Of a DNA stretch of 64,000 bases, positions 56,955 to 64,000 are shown piece after piece. The notes below the pieces were generated by a model, which worked only from the letters and a program-made list of their open reading frames with translations, had not been told where the DNA came from and searched no databases. This stretch comes from Anaerolineales bacterium (GTDB taxonomy: Bacteria > Chloroflexota > Anaerolineae > Anaerolineales > RBG-16-64-43): the NCBI GenBank assembly GCA_050012135.1, contig JBEKHT010000001.1:83095-147094 (forward strand). Direction: 5' to 3'. Numbering within the stretch: position 1 is the first letter of the stretch; each line of letters starts with the position of its first letter. The position numbers and the translations under genes are program-made.

Positions 56955-59285
56955 ATGGCCGGCCGGCGTGACGTCTACGATCAAGCCCTGCGCCAGGGTA
57001 ACAGTGCGGCTTGGGATCAAAAATGGGAGCACGCCCTGGCTGCCTATCGCCGAGCCTTAGAGGAATTCCCCGGCGACGCGAGTGCCCTGGAGCATCTGGC
57101 CCTGGCCCATGTGCAACTCGGGCAACTGGATCAGGCACTGGAAATGTACCGGCAGTCGGCCAGTGCGGATCCCACCAATCCCATCCCCCAGGAGAAGATC
57201 GCAGAAATTCTCGAGCGGCGAGGTCAGAGCGCGGATGCCGTTCGCGGCTACCTTGCCTCCGCGGACTTGTATCTGGGGCGCCACGAGGCGGATAAGGCAA
57301 TTGATGACTGGGTAGCCGCCTCTCGCTTGGCACCGGATAATCTCCTGGCCCGGTCGCGTCTGGCCTTGGGGACCGAACGCACCGGGCGGGTGCGTCAAGC
57401 GGTGACCGAGTACTTGGCCCTGGCGGCGATCCTGCAAAAAAGCGGGCAAAATGAAAAGGCCGGGCAGGCCATCGAACAAGGCCTGCGTCTGGCGCCCGGC
57501 AATACCGAGCTCCTGCGAGCGAAGGCCGCCCTCCAGACGAGCGAGGTCCTGGCCATTCCTCCGCCGATCCGCCCTCGGGGGACGGCGCCGCTCGTGGCCC
57601 CCCAGGCGGCTGTCCCACCCGGACCCAAAGAAAAAGAATCTGAGGTCCCGGCCACCAATCCCTTTGAACTGGCCCAGCACACCGCCATCACCTTAATAGC
57701 CGAGCTCTTGTTCGAGGCCGGCCAGCTGACACCGGCTCAGCCTCGGGCCGGGTTGGAGGACTACGACACCGGCAACAACCCCTCCACCTCGCGCGACGAG
57801 ATGCTGCCCTACCTAGCCCAGGCGGTCGACGCCTTTAGCCGGGGGATGGCCAAAGAGACCCAGACGGCGCTGGAGCGAGCCATCCGAGTGGGCTGCGATC
57901 ATCCGGCCGTGCATTTTGCATTGGGTGCGATGCTGCTAGGGGCGAGGGATGCCCGCGGCGCAGTTCCCTCGCTACAGCGTGCGGTGGATCACCCCGCTCT
58001 GTCCACCGGTGCGCATTTCGGACTGGGCCGGGCCTACCGCCAGCTGGAACAGCCGTACCCATCGGCTCTCCATTTCCTGTCCGCGCTGCAACAGGCTGAC
58101 CTGACGACCGTTCCCGAGGAGATGCGTGAAACCTTGCAGCGCCAATATGAAACGTTTCTGGAGGTGGACGAGCCCAGCCAGTCCGCCTCGCAGTGGCTGG
58201 AGAGTGCTCAACGGGTGGAGTCATTACTCAGCGGCGCGGAGTGGGAGAGCCGACTGCGCTTGGCCCGCGCCCAGCTCGATGCGGAATCGGAAGGCCACGG
58301 CCTCTTGCCCCTCGCCTCGATGCTCGCCATGGGCCGTCCGCAGGCGTTGATCGAGGCGATGGCCTACGTGGATGCCGCCCTGCGTCGCGACCTCCTGAAG
58401 ACCGCCATGGAGCAGGCGCTGCTGGCTCTCGACCAGGGACCCACTTACCTGCCTCTGCATGTGAGGATCGCCGAAATCGAACTCCGGGAGGGGCGGCAGG
58501 AGGCCTCCATCAGTAAGCTCAGGGTGGTGGCCCGCACCTACCGCATCCGCGGGGACAAGGCTCAGGCGGCGCGTGTCCTGGAGCGAATCCTGCAGCTCAG
58601 TCCCATGGATACGGGGTCTCGCACGGAACTGATCGAACTCGCCCTCGCCCAAGATGATGTTCGCACGGCGCTGTCCCAGTATCTTGACCTGGGGGAGATC
58701 TACTCACAGCTGGCGGAACAGGACAAGGCGCGCAAGGCTTATGAGACCGCCTTGACGTTGATCCGTCCAGGAGGCCCCGATGCCTCTTGGGAAATTCAAT
58801 TGCTCTATCGGCTTGGGGATCACTACCTGCAGCGGCTGGATTGGCGCTCGGCGCTTCAGGCCTACACCCGTTTGATGGAGCTGGACTCCTCCGACGAGCG
58901 AGCGGCCTCTCAGGTGATCGGCCTCTTGCTGAAACTGCGCAAAACGACGGAGGCCCAGGCGGTGCTTGACCACCTGGCGCAGGAATGGTCCCGGCAGGGA
59001 CGCCAGGAGCAATTGCTGTACTGGTTTGAGGAACTGGTGCGCCTCAACCCTCAGGATCCCACGGTGCGCAAGAAGCTGGCCGAGGGCTACCAGCAGAGAG
59101 GTCGGATGCCCGAAGCCATTGCCCAGCTTGACGCTCTGGGGGAGATCCTCATCGATTCCGGTAGGACCCCAGAGGCCATCCAGGTGGTTCGGGCCATCCT
59201 CGCGCTGAACGCGCCGGGCGCGGATGGCTATCGACGCCTCCTGCAACAGCTCGAATCCGGATCGGCGGGCACGACGCGCGGCTGA
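56955..59285 (+). CDS. Tetratricopeptide-repeat protein
   Basis: 776 aa of repeated A/L/Y-rich 34-residue-like units (ALEHLALAHVQLGQLDQALEMYRQ and similar). Confidence 0.75.
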   Translation: MAGRRDVYDQALRQGNSAAWDQKWEHALAAYRRALEEFPGDASALEHLALAHVQLGQLDQALEMYRQSASADPTNPIPQEKIAEILERRGQSADAVRGYLASADLYLGRHEADKAIDDWVAASRLAPDNLLARSRLALGTERTGRVRQAVTEYLALAAILQKSGQNEKAGQAIEQGLRLAPGNTELLRAKAALQTSEVLAIPPPIRPRGTAPLVAPQAAVPPGPKEKESEVPATNPFELAQHTAITLIAELLFEAGQLTPAQPRAGLEDYDTGNNPSTSRDEMLPYLAQAVDAFSRGMAKETQTALERAIRVGCDHPAVHFALGAMLLGARDARGAVPSLQRAVDHPALSTGAHFGLGRAYRQLEQPYPSALHFLSALQQADLTTVPEEMRETLQRQYETFLEVDEPSQSASQWLESAQRVESLLSGAEWESRLRLARAQLDAESEGHGLLPLASMLAMGRPQALIEAMAYVDAALRRDLLKTAMEQALLALDQGPTYLPLHVRIAEIELREGRQEASISKLRVVARTYRIRGDKAQAARVLERILQLSPMDTGSRTELIELALAQDDVRTALSQYLDLGEIYSQLAEQDKARKAYETALTLIRPGGPDASWEIQLLYRLGDHYLQRLDWRSALQAYTRLMELDSSDERAASQVIGLLLKLRKTTEAQAVLDHLAQEWSRQGRQEQLLYWFEELVRLNPQDPTVRKKLAEGYQQRGRMPEAIAQLDALGEILIDSGRTPEAIQVVRAILALNAPGADGYRRLLQQLESGSAGTTRG

Positions 59286-59343
59286 GGAGGCGGGCGGAGC
59301 GACCGCCTGGCCCGCTCCAGAGTCCGAACTGGGCTCAACGACG

Positions 59344-60258
59344 ATGTCGTATTTCTTCGAAAACCTGGCCTTTGTCTTTCAACGTCTCGACTGGCTCGGC
59401 CTGTTGGACATCGGGCTCGTCACCTTGGTATTCTTCTCGATCCTGACCGCGTTCCGGGGGACTCGGGCGGGAGTGATGCTGCGAGGTGTGGCCATCCTCA
59501 TCGCGGCGGTGGCTCTTCTCACCGGATTCGCGCGATTGCCCGCCTTCTCCTGGCTGCTACGCACGGCTCTTCCCGCGCTGCTCATTGCCCTGCCGGTCGT
59601 TTTCGCTCCGGAGATCCGTCGGGCCCTCGAACGGCTGGGGCGTGCTGGTTTTCCCCGGCGGACCACTACTTCCGAGGAGGTGCCTGCCTACTTGAATCCC
59701 GTGGTCACGGCGGCACAGAGACTGGCGGAGCGCCGCCATGGCGCCTTGATCGTGATCGAAGGGGATGTGCCTCTGGGGGATTTCGCCGAAAGCGGAGTCC
59801 GGATGGAATCGCTGGTCAGCCCCGAGTTGCTGCTCCAGATCTTCTACCCGGGCACCCCTCTGCATGACGGAGCCGTGATCCTGCGCGGGGAGCGAGTCGT
59901 TGCGGCCGGCTGTGTCGTCCCCCTCTCGTCCAGCGGCAGCCTTTCGCGCTCTCCGGAGCGTACCATGGGCCTGCGCCACCGCGCCGCCCTGGGGGTGAGC
60001 GAGGTGAGCGATGGCGTGGCCGTCGTCGTGTCCGAAGAGACGGGGATCATCTCCGTCGCCCACAATGGGCGCATGATTCGGCGTTTGGATGTCCCTCGCT
60101 TGCAAAGCATCCTGCAGGCATTCGCCCGCTCACCCGGCGTTCCCTCGGCCGTGGATTGGCTTCGCACGCATTTGGGCCTTTCCCAAGCCGTCCCCCGGCG
60201 GCCTCGCGACACAGACGCAGGAACCTCGGACTCCAAGAAGGAAGGAGCCCCAGGATGA
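59344..60258 (+). CDS. cdaA: Diadenylate cyclase CdaA (membrane-anchored DAC domain)
   Basis: Three N-terminal TM segments. DAC motifs HDGAVIL and GLRHRAALG. Confidence 0.9.
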   Translation: MSYFFENLAFVFQRLDWLGLLDIGLVTLVFFSILTAFRGTRAGVMLRGVAILIAAVALLTGFARLPAFSWLLRTALPALLIALPVVFAPEIRRALERLGRAGFPRRTTTSEEVPAYLNPVVTAAQRLAERRHGALIVIEGDVPLGDFAESGVRMESLVSPELLLQIFYPGTPLHDGAVILRGERVVAAGCVVPLSSSGSLSRSPERTMGLRHRAALGVSEVSDGVAVVVSEETGIISVAHNGRMIRRLDVPRLQSILQAFARSPGVPSAVDWLRTHLGLSQAVPRRPRDTDAGTSDSKKEGAPG

Positions 60259-61490
60259 GACGGGCCTGGCACGGGCTGGTAGGTAATTTGCCTGCGTTTG
60301 CCCTGGCGCTGGTTCTGGCGCTCACGGTGTGGGCCACCGCGGTGACCAGCCAGGATCCCAATGAGACCCGCACGTTGAGCAGCCCGATCCCGATTCGAGT
60401 CGTGGGGATGGCGCCGAATCTCATCGCCGATGAGCCTCTTCCCAAACAGGTGACCCTTACCTTGCGGGCGCCCCAGTCGGTGTGGACGCGCCTGACGTCG
60501 GCGAATATTCAGGCTGTGGCCGACCTGTCGCGCCTCGGCCCAGGCCCGCATCAGGTCCCGCTCCAACTCAAGACCGATGTCCATCCGGTTCTGGTAGAGA
60601 AGATGGACCCCAGCCAGATAGAGGTGACGCTCGAACCTCCCGCCAGCAAGAGAGTGGAGGTGCAAATCCGACTGAGCGGAACCCCGGCGGCTGGATACTC
60701 CCTTGGGACGCCTGCCTACTCACCCGATTTTGTTGCGGTGGGCGGAGGACAGTCGCAGGTGGAGGGAGTGACCTCCGTGGTGGGCTCGGTGGACGTCGAG
60801 GGAGTGCGAGCTGACCTTGATCGCCAGGTGACCCTTCAGGCCCTGGATGCCGCTGGGCAAGTGGTTTCCAGTGTAACTCTGGATCCGAGCGTCCTGCAGG
60901 TCTCCATTTCGGTCCAACAGCAAGGCGGCTACCGGGACGTGGTCGTCAAGGCCGTCATCCAGGGACAGGTCCAGAGCGGCTATCGCCTGACGGGTATTTC
61001 TGTCTATCCTCTCACGGTGACACTTTTCTCGGCCGACCCCGCCAGTTTCAGCAGCCTGCCCGGCTATGTCGCCACAGCGCCCCTCGACATTTCGGGAGCC
61101 CGGTCCGATGTGTCCGGATCGCTGCCTCTGGTCCTTCCCACGGGAGTCAATGCGGTGGGCTCCCCGCTGATCTTTGTCCAGGTGAGCGTCTCGGCCATCC
61201 AGGATAGTGAGACGATCACACGCGAGGTGCGCTATCAGGGGCAAAGCCCGGGGCTGGCGGCCAGCCTCTCCCCAGCCACCATCGACGTCGTTATCTCGGG
61301 CGCCGTTCCTCTGTTGAAAGCCCTGCGGCCCAGTGATGTGGACGTGTACCTGGACCTGTCTGGGCTAAAGCCGGGAACCTATCAGCTCCAGCCGACCTGC
61401 CATGTTCTCCTGGAGGGCTTGCAGATTGAGGCCCTGCTGCCTTCTCAAGTCGGGGTCGTCATCGCTCCGGGTCCGGTCCCGACGCCCTGA
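60255..61490 (+). CDS. cdaR: CdaR-like regulator (N-terminal TM plus YbbR-like repeats)
   Basis: ATGA overlap with cdaA. It has a single TM segment and then four repeated beta-rich modules of about 90 aa. Confidence 0.8.
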   Translation: MRRAWHGLVGNLPAFALALVLALTVWATAVTSQDPNETRTLSSPIPIRVVGMAPNLIADEPLPKQVTLTLRAPQSVWTRLTSANIQAVADLSRLGPGPHQVPLQLKTDVHPVLVEKMDPSQIEVTLEPPASKRVEVQIRLSGTPAAGYSLGTPAYSPDFVAVGGGQSQVEGVTSVVGSVDVEGVRADLDRQVTLQALDAAGQVVSSVTLDPSVLQVSISVQQQGGYRDVVVKAVIQGQVQSGYRLTGISVYPLTVTLFSADPASFSSLPGYVATAPLDISGARSDVSGSLPLVLPTGVNAVGSPLIFVQVSVSAIQDSETITREVRYQGQSPGLAASLSPATIDVVISGAVPLLKALRPSDVDVYLDLSGLKPGTYQLQPTCHVLLEGLQIEALLPSQVGVVIAPGPVPTP

Positions 61491-61516
61491 GCTCTCCCTC
61501 TTTCAAGTCATTGGTC

Positions 61517-62902
61517 ATGTCGAAACCGGTTGTGGCCCTGGTGGGCGCGCCGAATGTGGGCAAGTCCACGCTCTTTAACCGGCTGGTTGGAGAGCGTCTG
61601 GCCGTGGTGGATGAGACCCCCGGGACCACCCGGGACCGCCTGATGGCCGAATGCGAATGGACCGGGACACGTTTTGACGTCGTGGACACCGGAGGCATCG
61701 ACCCAACCGCGGGGATCACGGGCGCGCTGCCGGGGCAGTCCCGCCCGCTCTCCATCGGCTCAAGCGAATACATCATCCAAATTCGCTTCCAGGCCGTAAT
61801 GGCCATTCGTGACGCCGATGCGGTCCTTTTCCTCACCGACGGCTCGGCAGGACCGACCGCGGCGGACGAGGAAATCGCGGAGTTGCTTCGGCGCAACCAG
61901 CGTTCCGAGGCTGGCCGAAAGGTGCCTCCCGTGCTTCTCGTGGTCAACAAGTGTGAGAACGAGGAGGGGCAGCGGGGGATCTACGCCTTTTACCGCCTGG
62001 GATTGGGCGACCCCTGCCCGGTCTCGGCTCTACACGGGACCGGGATTGGGGAACTACTGGATGCCCTGGTGAAGCTTCTGCCCGAGGTGGAAGCGGAGGA
62101 TCAACAGGAGGCGCGGGTCAGAATCGCGATCCTGGGCAAGCCGAATGTCGGCAAGAGCAGCTTGCTGAACCGGATCTTGGGCGAGGAACGCGCGATCGTC
62201 AGCCCGATTCCCGGAACCACCCGCGACGCCGTGGATACTCAGCTCGAGGTGTCCGGGATGGCCGTGACCCTGATCGACACAGCCGGGATCCGACGCCGGG
62301 GCAAGATTGAGCTGGGGGTCGAGTACTACAGCGTCCTGCGTGCCCTGAAGGCGATTGACCGGGCCGATGTGGCCTTGCTCGTGCTGGACGCCACGCAGGG
62401 CGTAACAGCCCAGGATGCCCACATCGCGGGCTTCATCTTGGACGCGCACAAGAGCGCCGTGGTCCTGGTCAACAAATGGGATCTCATGAGAAAGGAACCG
62501 GGTACGGTGGAGCAGTACACGGCGGAGGTCCGCACCGCCTTGAAATTCCTGGACTACGTCCCCGTGCTCTTCATTTCGGCCCTCACGGGCCAGCGGGTGG
62601 ATGGGGTTCTCCCTCTCGCCTTGCGGGTGCAGGAAGAGCGCCTCGTCCGGATTCCCACCGCGGAACTCAACCGCCTGCTGCGCGAGGCGACCCAGAGACA
62701 CGCTCCTCCAACCCGGGCAGGCCGAAAGCTGAAGATCTACTATGCCGCTCAAGTGCGAACGGATCCTCCCACTTTCCTCATCCACGTCAACGATCCCGAA
62801 CTGGTGCACTTCACCTATCGAAGATTCCTCGAGAACGAGATCCGCCGGACTTACAGTTTCCTGGGCACCCCGCTGCAGGTCTCCTTTCGGAGACGGCGCT
62901 AG
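61517..62902 (+). CDS. der: Ribosome-biogenesis GTPase Der (EngA)
   Basis: Two G domains (GAPNVGKST and GKPNVGKSS) plus a KH-like C-terminus. Confidence 0.92.
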   Translation: MSKPVVALVGAPNVGKSTLFNRLVGERLAVVDETPGTTRDRLMAECEWTGTRFDVVDTGGIDPTAGITGALPGQSRPLSIGSSEYIIQIRFQAVMAIRDADAVLFLTDGSAGPTAADEEIAELLRRNQRSEAGRKVPPVLLVVNKCENEEGQRGIYAFYRLGLGDPCPVSALHGTGIGELLDALVKLLPEVEAEDQQEARVRIAILGKPNVGKSSLLNRILGEERAIVSPIPGTTRDAVDTQLEVSGMAVTLIDTAGIRRRGKIELGVEYYSVLRALKAIDRADVALLVLDATQGVTAQDAHIAGFILDAHKSAVVLVNKWDLMRKEPGTVEQYTAEVRTALKFLDYVPVLFISALTGQRVDGVLPLALRVQEERLVRIPTAELNRLLREATQRHAPPTRAGRKLKIYYAAQVRTDPPTFLIHVNDPELVHFTYRRFLENEIRRTYSFLGTPLQVSFRRRR

Positions 62903-62911
62903 GGCGAGATC

Positions 62912-62940
62912 TTGCCCGGGCTCCACTCCCGTCTTATAAT
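62912..62940 (+). promoter_or_regulatory. Promoter TTGCCC-N17-TATAAT upstream of lepB
   Basis: Sequence read directly. Confidence 0.45.
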
Positions 62941-62981
62941 CGTGCGACCCTTGCGACCCAACTGACCTTGGGGAGAAATGG

Positions 62982-63659
62982 TTGGACACAACCCAAGTCG
63001 ACTCCCAGCCTCCGGAACCGCTCGTCCATCGCAACCCTACCCGAACGATCCTGTGGGAGTTCCTTCAGACCGTCGCCCTGACCCTGTTGGTGTTTCTGGT
63101 GGTCAATCTGACCACGGCCCGAGTGCGTGTCAGTGGACCGAGCATGAGGCCGACGCTGGAGGGTGGCGAGTACATCATCGTCAGCAAGCTGTCCTACCGG
63201 CTGGGAAGGCCGCAGCGAGGGGATATTGTGGTTTTTCACTCTCCCGACCCCTCGACCAGCGAGGACCTCATCAAGCGGATCGTGGGACTGCCCGGGGACA
63301 CGGTGGAGTTTGTCGACGGCCGCGTTTGGCTGAATGGCGCCGCCCTCGACGAGCCTTATGCGGTTGGGCTGACCGGTTCGGATCAGACGTGGAAGATCGG
63401 CCCCGACCAGCTGTTCGTGCTGGGAGACAACCGAGCCTTTTCCCGGGACTCGCACAATTTTGGGCCGGTTCCTGTGAGGGATTTGGTTGGAAAGGCTTGG
63501 CTCATCTACTGGCCTCCCTCCGAGTGGGGGGCGGCGGAGCACCGCGCCGGACAGGAGGCCACGGCCGGGAGGGCCTCGAGGCAGTGGCCCGGGTCAGGGA
63601 TCCTGGTCCTCGGGAGAGGCTGGCAGCCAGGTTCCCAGATCGCCCGGCCGGATGGGTAA
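62982..63659 (+). CDS. lepB: Signal peptidase I
   Basis: Contains GPSMRPTL (catalytic Ser), KRIVGLPGD (Lys) and GDNRAFSRDS. The start is TTG, with GGGAGAAA upstream. Confidence 0.9.
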   Translation: MDTTQVDSQPPEPLVHRNPTRTILWEFLQTVALTLLVFLVVNLTTARVRVSGPSMRPTLEGGEYIIVSKLSYRLGRPQRGDIVVFHSPDPSTSEDLIKRIVGLPGDTVEFVDGRVWLNGAALDEPYAVGLTGSDQTWKIGPDQLFVLGDNRAFSRDSHNFGPVPVRDLVGKAWLIYWPPSEWGAAEHRAGQEATAGRASRQWPGSGILVLGRGWQPGSQIARPDG

Positions 63660-63755
63660 GCTCGGATCACGCGGTTTCGCGCTGAGGCAGGCCTGCCGAG
63701 CGCGGAGGGGTATCATCAGGAGGTTCGATCCTGGGATGGACATACCGGTATGCCA

Positions 63756-64000
63756 ATGACCGAGGGAAACACAGTGGACGACCAATCTCAAGCCGCGGAA
63801 GCCTGTCCCGAGTGCCAGGTGGGCACTCTCCAGCCCCAAGTGGTTCCATACTTTGCCTATCTGGATGGCCGATTGATCACGGTTCCGGATTTTCCAGCCT
63901 GGGTTTGCGACATCTGTCATCACTGCGAATATGATGAAGCCGCGCTGGACGACCTGCGGTCCGTGCTTGGCCCCAAAGCGACGTTGCCTGAAGACAGCAA
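63756..64000 (+). CDS. YgiT-type (MqsA N-terminal-like) zinc-finger protein, 3' end outside window
   Basis: The open frame to the window edge reads MTEGNTVDDQSQAAEACPECQVGTLQPQVVPYFAYLDGRLITVPDFPAWVCDICHHCEYDE. The CxxC...CxxC spacing is that of the YgiT zinc ribbon. It is absent from the ORF track because no stop falls within the window. Confidence 0.65.
   Translation, partial: MTEGNTVDDQSQAAEACPECQVGTLQPQVVPYFAYLDGRLITVPDFPAWVCDICHHCEYDEAALDDLRSVLGPKATLPEDS

Noticed and set aside
63717-63733. CAGGA-GGUUCGA-UCCUG, a hairpin resembling a tRNA T-arm.
   Set aside because: The loop register does not fit UUCRANY. No complementary acceptor strand, D-arm or anticodon arm can be drawn around it. 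It overlaps the SD of the downstream ORFs.

Overview
This is a GC-rich bacterial chromosomal segment made up mostly of housekeeping genes. By eye most of it is over 60% GC, with one clearly lower-GC block. I support about 55 CDS, one tRNA-Gln(UUG), a T-box leader upstream of pheS, and a candidate RNase P RNA (rnpB) between maf and trmD.

Recognisable blocks, in order:
- OmpR-type two-component pair.
- Minus-strand pyrimidine cluster: pyrC, pyrB, a fused pyrF-pyrE, pyrD, then rpiB and a thiolase.
- GAF/GGDEF diguanylate cyclase.
- ECF sigma, anti-sigma and Nudix operon.
- MEMO-like protein, a CNNM-family protein and priA.
- The conserved rpsB-tsf-pyrH-frr-uppS-cdsA block.
- pheST.
- cspA-like gene.
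- maf, PBP2 and rsgA.
- trmD.
- A large Opp/Dpp-type peptide ABC cluster.
- glmU, a second CNNM-family gene, cdd and recO.
- A fused glyQS.
- TPR protein, cdaA and cdaR.
- der and lepB.

I saw no transposase, integrase, CRISPR array or rRNA.

A Chloroflexota-like or other deep Gram-positive-like origin is inferred only. It rests on the T-box, a Cheo-type GAAC-N4-GTTC box, recurrent TGn extended -10 promoters and the gene order.

Items most worth a second look:
1. A near-consensus promoter has a perfect LexA-type palindrome in its spacer. It drives an unrecognised 4-TM protein plus a secreted SLT transglycosylase.
2. rsgA is interrupted by a single in-frame UGA-C.
3. The rnpB candidate has an atypically short P3 and overlaps the annotated maf start.
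4. A low-GC complete ABC operon lies between a high-GC binding-protein gene and a high-GC orphan ATPase pair.
5. A 481-bp structured spacer with no convincing coding potential lies between the convergent cdsA and FHA genes.

Coordinates of non-CDS features were read by hand and may be off by a few nt.
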